Shown piece after piece: positions 11,632 through 20,600 of a stretch of 64,000 bases of DNA. The notes beneath the pieces are model-generated. The model was not told the DNA's origin. It saw nothing but the letters and a program-made list of their open reading frames with translations, and did no database searches. Position numbers and translations under genes: made by a program. How positions within the stretch are numbered: position 1 is the first letter of the stretch; every line of letters starts with the position of its first letter. The DNA is taken from NCBI RefSeq assembly GCF_054482525.1, contig NZ_CM137006.1. One strand, written 5' to 3'.

Positions 11632-12764
11632 GACTGAAGATTCTCCGCAAGCCAGGTCGCCAGTTCGCCCGGCGTCATGGCGGCTATTTGTGCGCCGACA
11701 TTAACCAGCGCCTGGGCCGTATCGTGGTCATAGCAAGGTGTTGCGGTGCTATCGAGCGCCGCCAGTCCCAGTACTTTGATGCCGCTCTGGACACACTTTT
11801 TCACCTGATGCGTCAGTAATGATGATGAACCCCCTTCGTAAAAATCGCTCACGAGGATAATGACGCTTTTCGCTGGTTGTTCAATAAGTTGCCGACCATA
11901 TTCCATGGCACTGGCGATATTGGTTCCGCCGCCTAATTGCACTTTCATTAATAACTCTACCGGATCGGCAACGTCTGCCGTGAGATCAACCACGCTGGTG
12001 TCAAACGCCACCAGATGGGTACGAATACCGGGTAACTGCCATAAACAGGTCGCCATCACCGCTGAGTGGATCACCGAGTCCACCATTGATCCGCTTTGAT
12101 CAACCAGTAAGACCAGTTGCCATTGTTCACTGTGGCGCTTAATGCGGCTGTTAAAGCGGGGGGATTCGATATACAACTTGCCGTGTTGCGGATGCCAGTG
12201 TTGCAGGTTGGCGCGCAGCGTACTTTTGAAATCAAAGTTTCGCGCCAGTGGAATAAATGAGCGGCGACGGCGATCGCGGACACCAGAAAAAGCCTGACGA
12301 ACTTCCTTTGCCAGTCGCGCCATAATCTCTTCAACAACCTGGTGCACTATCCGGCGGGCGGCAGCCAGCACTTCGGGATTCATCAGATGTTTAGTGTGCA
12401 AAACGGCGCGTAGCAGGCTTTCAGAAGGCTGCATACGTTCCAGCACGTCGAGATTCGTCACCACATCTTCAATGCCGTAGCGCAGTACGGCATCGCTTTC
12501 CAGCCGCTCGATCACCTGTTGCGGAAACAGCGTGTGAATACTGTTGATCCACTTAGGGGTGGTGAGATTTGAGTCACCTAATCCACCGGAGCGTTCACCA
12601 CGCTGGAGCCGTTCAGGATCGCGCCCATACAGCCACTCCAGCGCGTGGTCTATCTGCCGGGCATTGTCATCCAGCCCACAAAGGGTCGTTTCTGCCGCTT
12701 CGCCAAGAATTAATCGCCAGCGATGTAGCTCACGGGTGGTCAGAAGATCGTTCAGTTCAGACAT
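11628..12764 (-). CDS. yehP: von Willebrand factor A (vWA) domain protein
   Basis: Start at MSELNDLLTT (378 aa, as in K-12 YehP). MIDAS-like motif LLVDQSGSM. The start overlaps the yehM stop by 8 nt. The ORF-track N-terminal extension to 12992 is rejected. Confidence 0.9.
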   Translation of the reverse strand: MSELNDLLTTRELHRWRLILGEAAETTLCGLDDNARQIDHALEWLYGRDPERLQRGERSGGLGDSNLTTPKWINSIHTLFPQQVIERLESDAVLRYGIEDVVTNLDVLERMQPSESLLRAVLHTKHLMNPEVLAAARRIVHQVVEEIMARLAKEVRQAFSGVRDRRRRSFIPLARNFDFKSTLRANLQHWHPQHGKLYIESPRFNSRIKRHSEQWQLVLLVDQSGSMVDSVIHSAVMATCLWQLPGIRTHLVAFDTSVVDLTADVADPVELLMKVQLGGGTNIASAMEYGRQLIEQPAKSVIILVSDFYEGGSSSLLTHQVKKCVQSGIKVLGLAALDSTATPCYDHDTAQALVNVGAQIAAMTPGELATWLAENLQS

Positions 12765-15036
12765 GGAAAACTCCCCAGTGTTGCAGCGATGCCAGTGCCT
12801 GCTGTTCGAGTTGTTGATGATGTGCAATGGCTTGCGGTGGACAATGCAACGGCATTTGCAGCGCTGAAACGGGAAGCTGTGCGAGCTGGTAATGCTCAAG
12901 CACCTGATGCGCCAGCGTCCCGCGTTCTCGTGGTGGTAGCCAGGCCATCGCCGCACGCAAATCGGGCAGGGCGTTAATAAAATCGTCGTCACTCAGTTGA
13001 TTTAAATGACTACTGAAACCGGCGATAAATGCCGGCTGACAGGCCAGTTGATGGCGGGCCAGCGCCAGCAAACCGTGCAGTGCCTCGCCGGATTGTGCCG
13101 GGGATAATTGCGCCAGCATCGTCAGCGCCGCTTCGGCACTGGCGTTGGGATGTTCCAGACGCATCAGTGCGCCAAGAGCCGCGCCGCGATCCAGCGCCGA
13201 GGCATGAATCGCCTGACTGCGGCGCTCAAGTAAGGCTACCGCCGCAGAAAGCGAAACGCCGGGTAAATTAACGCCGCTATGTAGATCGCGCAGGATATGG
13301 CAAAGCGCCTGCCAGCTATGCAGGTGAGCGTGAAACTCCTTTTCCTCCGGTCTGCCGTTGGATTCACACAGCCAGAGTGTGCGATCGATAGCCGCGCATA
13401 ACGTCGTCTGTAATATCTGCGCGCCTTGCATACCGCTAATTTCATCCAGCCGCCATAAGGCGTATAGCACTTCCAGCGCCTGGCCCATTTCGGCAAACTG
13501 ATTTTCCTGGGCGATTAATAATGTAAGTTGCTCCAGTAATTGTTGACTGAAGGACGCCAGACCCGCTAACGCCGCCTGGCTAAGACATGTGGTGATACTG
13601 CCGATTCCACCCGCGTCCAGCATATCGGCTTCTAATTTATTGCGTGCGGCTTCCTGGAGTGTGGCACCAAAGCAGGCGGCCTCAATTAATGCCGCATGTT
13701 GGCTAAGCGGGCGGGTTAATTTCCAGCGTTCTTCACCGTTGCCTGCAAGTGTCAGTGTACTTCCCTGCTGGCGCACAACCCCTGGGATCTCCAGTATTGC
13801 CAGCCGATGTAACACCTGACTTTGCGCTAGTCCATTGGGGTTAAAGCGATTTAAGGTAAGCTCCGCCGGAAGAGAGATTGCGGTACGTTCCAGTTCGCAG
13901 GTGACATCTTTTGGCAGAGGCGGTTGTGGCGTAGAAGGGGCAAGTTTACCGAATCCGTCACCCGCTAATGTGTCTATCAACGTTAGCAGAATCGGATCGG
14001 TATCGGGATGAATAACGCCGCGATAGCTCCACGGCAACGGCGCATTCAGGGCTTCTTTAATCAGCGAGCCTGCTATGGCATCCAGCCAGTCAGTGCGTAA
14101 CGGTAGTGTATGACCGCGCAACTGTGCCAGTGCCATCGCATGCAGATGAGCGGCAGCCATATCCGCTGTTGAAGCAGGCAAGTGGTGCTGGCGCAAACGG
14201 GTAAGAACCGTTTTCAGCAGTTGTTCACCTGCCTGCTGCAAGCCCCACCGCCAGCACCAGTTTTGCCAGACCGGGGCAGGCATACCGGAAAGGTATCCTG
14301 CCAGCACATCAAGGCGCTTTTCACTGTAGGGTGTGAGATAACAACCTGTAACGGCATCATCCAGTAAGAGCAATTCTGGCGTGTTAATTACCTGCGGACA
14401 TTCGCGCCACATTTTTGCCAGTGCCGGAGCGTGCCAGCCACCGCAGACAACTAACACGTCGCCATTATTTTGCTGCATCGCCCATCCAATCCAGCGGGCC
14501 ATAAAGGCTTCGCGCTGACGATTGAGAGCATCTCCGGGGGAGTCGCCCCGCAGTTGGGCAAAATAGTGCGCAAGTGCAGAGGGTAATGCAGTTTGCTGCC
14601 TTTCATCTTCGAACAAGTGATCCCACAGGGTGTCGCTGTTATCCATGCGGGTGGCACGCAGCAGCAAGGTCTGGCTTTCCTCTTGCGTATCAGGCGAATC
14701 GTCCTCTTCTTCACTCTGCGCCCAGCAAGGCAAATCGATGAAGTAAGTTTGTGCCTGAATACGACGAGCGGCTTGTAGCGCCTGCCACTCCGGCGAAAAT
14801 TCAGCAAATGGCGTCCAGGCACCACGCCCGGGGGCCGCACCGTCCTGATACTGGCAATAACTGTAAATAGCTACCGGAAGCTGGTGGGCTAACAACAGTT
14901 CGTCTACCCGGTCATTAAAATCAGCCGGGCCTTCAATCAACACATATCGTGGCCGCTGGCTTTCGATTAACGATTTCACCAGCCGGGCGCAGGCCGGACT
15001 ATGATGCCGGATGCCGACAATTAACGGCTCGCTCAT
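12757..15036 (-). CDS. yehM: large uncharacterised protein of the yehLMPQ operon
   Basis: Start at MSEPLIVGIRHHSPACARL (759 aa, as in K-12 YehM), preceded by an AGGAAA Shine-Dalgarno that contains the yehL stop codon. Confidence 0.9.
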   Translation of the reverse strand: MSEPLIVGIRHHSPACARLVKSLIESQRPRYVLIEGPADFNDRVDELLLAHQLPVAIYSYCQYQDGAAPGRGAWTPFAEFSPEWQALQAARRIQAQTYFIDLPCWAQSEEEDDSPDTQEESQTLLLRATRMDNSDTLWDHLFEDERQQTALPSALAHYFAQLRGDSPGDALNRQREAFMARWIGWAMQQNNGDVLVVCGGWHAPALAKMWRECPQVINTPELLLLDDAVTGCYLTPYSEKRLDVLAGYLSGMPAPVWQNWCWRWGLQQAGEQLLKTVLTRLRQHHLPASTADMAAAHLHAMALAQLRGHTLPLRTDWLDAIAGSLIKEALNAPLPWSYRGVIHPDTDPILLTLIDTLAGDGFGKLAPSTPQPPLPKDVTCELERTAISLPAELTLNRFNPNGLAQSQVLHRLAILEIPGVVRQQGSTLTLAGNGEERWKLTRPLSQHAALIEAACFGATLQEAARNKLEADMLDAGGIGSITTCLSQAALAGLASFSQQLLEQLTLLIAQENQFAEMGQALEVLYALWRLDEISGMQGAQILQTTLCAAIDRTLWLCESNGRPEEKEFHAHLHSWQALCHILRDLHSGVNLPGVSLSAAVALLERRSQAIHASALDRGAALGALMRLEHPNASAEAALTMLAQLSPAQSGEALHGLLALARHQLACQPAFIAGFSSHLNQLSDDDFINALPDLRAAMAWLPPRERGTLAHQVLEHYQLAQLPVSALQMPLHCPPQAIAHHQQLEQQALASLQHWGVFHV

Positions 15037-15046
15037 GCATCTTTCC

Positions 15047-16135
15047 TCACGGCAGGCGGTGGCGAGCTTGATAATAAGCCTGCCAGTGAGCTTCTTTATG
15101 TGTGGCGACGCGCTGTTCGAAGTAACGGCGCAGACGCGCGCGATCTTCTTCGTTATCTTTGACGATGGTTCCGGCAATACAGTCCACCAGGTCGGCAGGC
15201 TCCCCCGCGCGATTCGCTAAAAACCAGGCGCGGACACCCACAGCATGGGCCACGTTAACGGCTTCAGCGGTGGACATAATCGCTGTCAGTGTATCCATTG
15301 ACGTTTTCTTTTCGCCGTTGGCACGCAGATCGCGGAACGTGCGCACCAGTAATTCCAGTACCGTGTCAGGCACTTTATGCGGAATACCGCTATGGGCCAG
15401 CAAACGCGCCGAAGCACTGGCGACCAGTTCCAGCTCCTGGGCGAAATCCATAATCGGAAAGACAGTTTCAAAATCGAAGCGACGCTTTAGCGCAGCACTC
15501 ATTTCATTGACGCCGCGATCGCGGGTATTGGCAGTGGCAATAATATTAAAGCCTTCTCGCGCATAGAGCTGACTGGCTTCACCAGTGAGTTCCGGCACCG
15601 TCATTACCCTGTCAGAAAGCATACCTAACAGACAGTCTTGTACTTCCAGCGGTGTACGCGTTATCTCTTCAAAACGGACAATTTTGCCGTCGCGCATTCC
15701 CTGGTAAAGCGGGGCTGGGACCAGCGCTTCCGTTGACGGACCATGGTTGATAAGCAGGGCGTAGTTCCAGCCGTACTTGATTTGATCTTCAGTGGTAGAT
15801 GCGCCGCCCTGGATGGTTAACCCGGCATCGCCGCTAATAGCGGTTGCCAGTAATTCAGACAGGAGAGATTTTGCGGTGCCAGGTTCCCCCACCAACATCA
15901 AACCGCGCCCGGTTGCGAGAGTGACTAACATGCGTTCGACAGCGGAGGGGCTAATCACGACTTTACGGCTAATATTTTGTGCTTCGTCGCCAAGGATAAA
16001 AGCGCGGGCCGCAGGCAAACTTAACTGCCAACCTGGCGGGCAAGGTGCGTTATCATTTTGTTTTAATTTTGCCAGTTCATCGGCGTATAACACAGCGGCA
16101 GGCGGACGCTGCAGATGATTATTCTGCGGTGACAT
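15047..16135 (-). CDS. yehL: MoxR-like AAA+ ATPase
   Basis: Start at MSPQNNHLQ (362 aa, as in K-12 YehL). Walker A GEPGTAKS and Walker B/sensor region IVRFEEITRTPLEVQDCLLGML, typical of MoxR. Confidence 0.9.
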   Translation of the reverse strand: MSPQNNHLQRPPAAVLYADELAKLKQNDNAPCPPGWQLSLPAARAFILGDEAQNISRKVVISPSAVERMLVTLATGRGLMLVGEPGTAKSLLSELLATAISGDAGLTIQGGASTTEDQIKYGWNYALLINHGPSTEALVPAPLYQGMRDGKIVRFEEITRTPLEVQDCLLGMLSDRVMTVPELTGEASQLYAREGFNIIATANTRDRGVNEMSAALKRRFDFETVFPIMDFAQELELVASASARLLAHSGIPHKVPDTVLELLVRTFRDLRANGEKKTSMDTLTAIMSTAEAVNVAHAVGVRAWFLANRAGEPADLVDCIAGTIVKDNEEDRARLRRYFEQRVATHKEAHWQAYYQARHRLP

Positions 16136-16244
16136 ATATTCATCCCTGAAATGTATTAATGAAATAAACGATATTTTACGCGCAATAAATGTTTGGCGCA
16201 TTAGTTGTTTGAGCGAAAAATATCTGGAAAGCAGATCACAGTAA

Positions 16245-16329
16245 ATAAAAAAACCTGCTGGTGAGGCAGGTTCTTTGATTTACTACTTTCAGGCCTAACA
16301 CCACGGCCTGTGCAACATCGTGTTCCAAC
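16245..16329 (-). ncRNA. orzO: Orz-type antitoxin sRNA (predicted), copy 1
   Basis: Minus-strand promoter TTGCAA-17-TATAAT (-10 at 16336-16341). Minus-strand intrinsic terminator: stem 16252-16258/16266-16272 followed by a U-run. The 5' 20 nt (16310-16329) are complementary to the zor 5' UTR (16476-16495) with 1 mismatch. Ends are predicted, and the O/P naming is arbitrary. Confidence 0.65.
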
Positions 16330-16335
16330 GAACGA

Positions 16336-16386
16336 ATTATAACCATCGGTGGACCCCGTTGCAATTAAGATAATGAGATTTATAAT
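16336..16386. promoter_or_regulatory. divergent back-to-back sigma70 promoters for orz (minus) and zor (plus) sharing one palindromic -35 hexamer
   Basis: TTGCAA at 16359-16364 is its own reverse complement. TATAAT sits 16 bp downstream on the plus strand (16381-16386) and 17 bp downstream on the minus strand (16336-16341). The same layout occurs in copy 2 (16945-16995). Confidence 0.6.
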
Positions 16387-16566
16387 CCTGACTGTTGGGA
16401 CGTTGCGCCGGATCGAACCCATTTCAAGTCCTGGCTACCGGACGGGTGGTGCCGCAGGTAGTGCCCTGATCCGGAGTGCAACATCGTGGTCCAACATACG
16501 TAAACCAGTATCGACAGGCAGTGTAAGGGTAAGGTGCTGGTGTTGCGCTCCTTAATAAGGAGAGCG

Positions 16567-16656
16567 AATGGACACGCTGACACAAAAGTTAACCGTGCTC
16601 ATTGCTGTACTGGAGCTATTAGTGGCTCTGTTACGGTTGATTGATTTGTTGAAGTA
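16567..16656 (+). CDS. zorO: 29-aa hydrophobic type I toxin peptide (Zor family), copy 1
   Basis: Hand translation gives MDTLTQKLTVLIAVLELLVALLRLIDLLK*, which I recognise as the ZorO toxin described in E. coli O157:H7. Shine-Dalgarno AAGGAG lies upstream, and a long structured 5' UTR is predicted from about 16393. Confidence 0.8.
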
Positions 16657-16680
16657 ATGGGCAAATTGAAACGCAACTAA

Positions 16681-16703
16681 GGGGGAAAACCGCTTCCCCC
16701 TTT
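16681..16703 (+). terminator. intrinsic terminator of zor copy 1
   Basis: GGGGGAA-aaccgc-TTCCCCC stem-loop followed by TTT. Confidence 0.7.
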
Positions 16704-16852
16704 AATAAAATGATTACATCTTCCATTAATTCACCCGATAACTTTTTTCATATTTATAAATTCATCGATTTTATAATCAACGTACTATTTGGCCGGGATG
16801 TGAATAATCATGGTGGGCTATTGGCGAAAAATATCTGGAAAGTAGATCGTAG

Positions 16853-16938
16853 AAAATAAAAGAACCTGCTGGTGAGGCAGGTTCTTTTATTTACTACTTT
16901 GATGTTAAGTTACTGATAGTGCAACATGGCATCTCAAC
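16853..16938 (-). ncRNA. orzP: Orz-type antitoxin sRNA (predicted), copy 2
   Basis: Same architecture as copy 1: minus-strand -10 at 16945-16950 and terminator stem 16861-16869/16877-16885. The 5' 20 nt (16919-16938) match the cognate UTR at 17085-17104 with 2 mismatches. Confidence 0.6.
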
Positions 16939-17176
16939 GAACGAATTATAACCACCGCTGGACCGTGTTGCAATTAAGATAATGAGATTTATAATCCTGA
17001 CTGTTGGGAAGTTGCGCCGGATCGAACCCATTTCAAGTCCTGGCTACCGGACGGGTGGTGCCGCAGGTAGTGCTCTGATCCGGAGTGCAACATGGCGACT
17101 CAACATACGTAAACCAGTATCGACAGGCAGTGTAAGGGTAAGGTGCTGGTGTTGCGCTCCTTAATAAGGAGAGCGG

Positions 17177-17266
17177 ATGGACACGCTGACACAAAAGTTA
17201 ACCGTGCTCATTGCCGTACTGGAGCTATTAGTGGCTCTGTTACGGTTGATTGATTTGTTGAAGTAA
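17177..17266 (+). CDS. zorP: 29-aa type I toxin peptide (Zor family), copy 2; peptide identical to copy 1 (one synonymous change)
   Basis: Hand translation is identical to copy 1 (GCT to GCC, both Ala). Assigning O or P to a given copy is arbitrary. Confidence 0.78.
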   Translation: MDTLTQKLTVLIAVLELLVALLRLIDLLK

Positions 17267-17289
17267 TGGGCAAATTGAAACGCAACTAA

Positions 17290-17312
17290 GGGGGAAAACC
17301 GCTTCCCCCTTT
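17290..17312 (+). terminator. intrinsic terminator of zor copy 2
   Basis: Same GGGGGAA-aaccgc-TTCCCCC-TTT hairpin as copy 1. Confidence 0.7.
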
Positions 17313-17387
17313 AATAAAGTAATATTCTATTAGTTGGTTGAATATATTCTGTAGTTTACGATTAAAAATTGCTATTACAGTTTCAGG

Positions 17388-17639
17388 TTATTCACCTCGT
17401 AATTTCCGCTCATCAATACACTCATCTCTTATATAAATCAACGCATCATTTATTAGCGGGTCAACATCCTCTCGATCACGTTGATGAAATGTTGGACGTA
17501 GCCGGAACCGTTCCAGTCGGTAAACGGAACCTGTAAATAATTCAGAGCATTTATGGATCTCAAGTCTGAAGGAAAACGGATCTTCAGGTACAGGGACCTC
17601 ATAATTGTAAATAGCGACCAGCTCTTTTTGCACGCTCAT
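17388..17639 (-). CDS. yehK: small uncharacterised protein between yehI and the zor/orz module
   Basis: 83-aa ORF co-oriented with yehI, at the position of yehK in K-12. K-12 YehK is longer as I recall, so the symbol rests on position only. Confidence 0.5.
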   Translation of the reverse strand: MSVQKELVAIYNYEVPVPEDPFSFRLEIHKCSELFTGSVYRLERFRLRPTFHQRDREDVDPLINDALIYIRDECIDERKLRGE

Positions 17640-17699
17640 CGCTTTTCCCGATGGTAAGTCGTGTTGATAACGGGCAGTCGCATCACTGCCCGTTGTGTT

Positions 17700-20600
17700 T
17701 TAATGGAAAATGACGTCGGGTGCGCTTAACGCCTCACTCAAATCAAACACATCAAGTTCGGCAAAAGTGACAGATTTATTGTCACGGTATACATGAAGAG
17801 AACGGAAGCTCATTAGCGCTTTGCTATCAACATTGTAGTGGTTAAAACCGGATGAAAACTTAAGGACCAGCCGGTACTCGCCCAGGTCATAGACAAATGC
17901 GTTCTCATAGCCTGACTCCCAGCCTTTGTATCGCATTCCCATAAGTTGCCCAACGGTAGCAGATTTACCTTCCCAGCGATTCAAACTATTACTGGCTGAC
18001 TCGTCAGGCGTGAGCAGTACTGTGCGCCGTGCCAATTGGCGAAAAGGCGGCATAATTTCGTAATCGGCAAAAAGCTGTGCAAACTCACTGCGCATTTCTG
18101 CTGCCATTTCTAACGGGTGGGCAATGCCAATCAGAGCATCGGCAGGCAGGTCAATTGGCTCATCTTGCTCATTGCAGAACTCCCCCTCAGCGGCCACACG
18201 AAAGGCGTTGAGTAAACGACGCGGTTCATTTGCCGGATAAACACCCCATATTAATCGCTGAGTAACCAGACGGGTAAAGGGATGATTAACAAACAGAGAA
18301 TGAAAATCTGCCAGCGACCAGCGTCGGGTGGTGCGCAGGGCAGTTTCAAGACGCGGGAGCAGGTTTTTGCTCACCTGAGTGGCATCTTTTTTTAGCCCTT
18401 TTAGTCGGGCCAGTGCCTCGGGTGCTTTCAGTTGATCGTCATCGGCGCGCAACCGGGGAACGCTTTTCTGGCGAACGTTTTGCTGATCAAAGATAACCGG
18501 GTTAAGGTTTTCATCGAAGCGAACGGTAAATTGCCGTGGACCAAAATCAAAAATCAACGCCTGCGGATCATCAAGACCCAGTGTTGGGACTAATCTGTCC
18601 GCTAACTGTTCCTGGCTTAGCCCTCGATTTTCTGCGACCACCTGAAGAAATTCCGCCGCGTTATCACGTAAGGGGCGGGATTTCGCCCGTTGCGATATAT
18701 GATGCAGCTGTATCAGTGCCATATCATTATTCATCTGAGTAAGGATGTTCAGGCCGCTGACGGCACGGGCAGATTTGCCTTCCTGTGGCCAGGCAAGGAT
18801 CTGTGTTGTTAGATCCCGTGCCGTGCTTTCGTCGCCAAAGAGACTTAACGCCAGAAATGCCCAGTTGTCTTTTGCGGGAGCACCAGCTTGTTGCCACGCG
18901 GTGAAAAGATCCCAGGCAAAGGCTGCCAGCGTTTGCGGCTGGCAAAACGTTTTCAGCTGTTCCAGTCCGCTATAAAAACGTCCGCCCTGGGTAAAGCGCA
19001 GCATTTCGCCGATAATTTCCAGAGCGTCATCAGTAACAGGTTGATTATTCGTGATAAGGCGCGGCCTGGACCACATTGCCGGCTGCCAGAAATCAGGGGC
19101 TTTTGGAATGCGTGTCGGGTAAATCTCTATTGGACTCTGTTTAAGTAATTGCTCCAGGGCAGGCCATACATCTTTACGCTGCCAGCGGTTTGCCACGGTT
19201 TGCAGTAACTCGCCATGTCCCTGTTCGTAAAGTAAACGCAGGGCAAGTAATGCAGCTTCGCTATTATCGCTGGATTTGGTGAAGACAAGAGGGATAAGTG
19301 CAGTAGCTGTATGTTCCGGCCATTGTAAAATCCACTGGCGGGCCAGATCTCGCTGCGCCGCGAAACGTCGCCAGACGCGGGCAACGGGCAGGGCCAGTTC
19401 GGTTGCGCCGAAATTTAAAATTAACGGAAATGTTTCTTTTGGACGATGTGAAAAAGCCAACAGCAGACCTGGTAGAGCATCCAATCCGAAGATACTGAGA
19501 AAATAGTCCTCACCCGCAGACAGATGCTTTTTCTCATTGATACGTAGCCAGAAAGTCAAAGCCATCTCACGCGGCAACTGCGCCAATAAATACAGGTTCC
19601 AGATACTCTTTTCCCGACGATAGCGTGAGTAGCTGTCATTTTCCCATATGTTAATTAACACTTCTACGTGACCGCTGTGAAGCGCCTGTTCTGCTAATTG
19701 AGCTTCCGGGGAGCTCCAGCCATTCATGATCTCTTCAACCCGCCCTGGGTAGTAATGCCACTGAACAATGAGTGAATTGCGTGCAGCATCCAGTTTTCCG
19801 GGGAGTATATAATTCAAAAACAGCCATACATCATCTCCAAAACCCAGCTCCTGTAGTACAACTCGTCCACTTTTTTGTTCCATGCGTTCCGCAAGAGATT
19901 CCGTGCTGAAATAACGGGCAGACGCAGTGGCGGCAAGCCTCTCTCGTTCGCCTGGTTGCCAGTAAACTTGCGGCGTTAATTCGAACGGTGCCAAATCAAG
20001 ACGTGGAACTGTCATTTTTTTCTTACTACGCCACGGTGGTGAAACGAGGATTTCAGGCATTTGGCTGTTATCGGTGCTATCAATAACCGTTTTGGACGGT
20101 GCCGATAAATAACTATTCAGCATTGCCCGGGCTTGAGTACTTAACCACGGCATCACCTCTTCTGCCAGTTGTGGCTGCGATGCCATCAGCGTTTGTAACA
20201 GCGTACGCCAGTATTCATCGCGTGCTTTTTGCTGTGCAGGCAGCTTTTTGTCTTCAATGATTGGATAACCAGGGCGCGCAGGTGGTTCTTTTAACGCCAG
20301 CAGTTCTGCTAATGCGGCGAGCGTCGCATGGGGGAAGTTTTTACTGTATTTAGCCACACGTTGCAGGCTGGGTTTGTTTTTATCAGCAACTAACAGCAAG
20401 GTGCGGATGACTTGCGGATGGTTAATTTGTACCAGCAGACTGCCGCAATCTTCTTTATGGGCATACATCGCGAGGCGCGGAACGGCTGCCAGTCCTTGTT
20501 CGCGCAAAAGGGCGGCGCAGGCCGCGTAGCCGAAGCGGTTTTCTTGTGACATGTAGCTGGCTTCGCGATCGCTAAATACGTCCAGGCCCCAGTATCGTTC

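Larger units (their letters stand above)
16213..17324. repeat. tandem duplication of a roughly 500-bp zor/orz type I toxin-antitoxin unit (units 16213-16714 and 16824-17324, about 110-bp unique spacer)
   Basis: The two units align by eye along their whole length with scattered substitutions. The period between toxin ATGs is 610 bp. Confidence 0.9.

Noticed and set aside
11628-15177. Long N-terminal extensions of yehP (to 12992) and yehM (to 15177) in the ORF track
   Set aside because: The extensions overlap the upstream genes in another frame and give Cys/Arg/His-rich nonsense. Internal ATGs with Shine-Dalgarno sites reproduce the K-12 protein lengths (378 and 759 aa). The same logic applies to yehL, rcnB, fbaB, yehS, yegR, P2 C and others.
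16349-17164. 68-aa (16349-16555) and 60-aa (16982-17164) plus-strand ORFs, plus minus-strand ORFs at 16201-16422 and 16380-16583
   Set aside because: They lie in the predicted zor 5' leaders and orz loci. They are duplicated only because the DNA is duplicated, and they lack Shine-Dalgarno sequences. The real products here are the 29-aa toxins and small RNAs.
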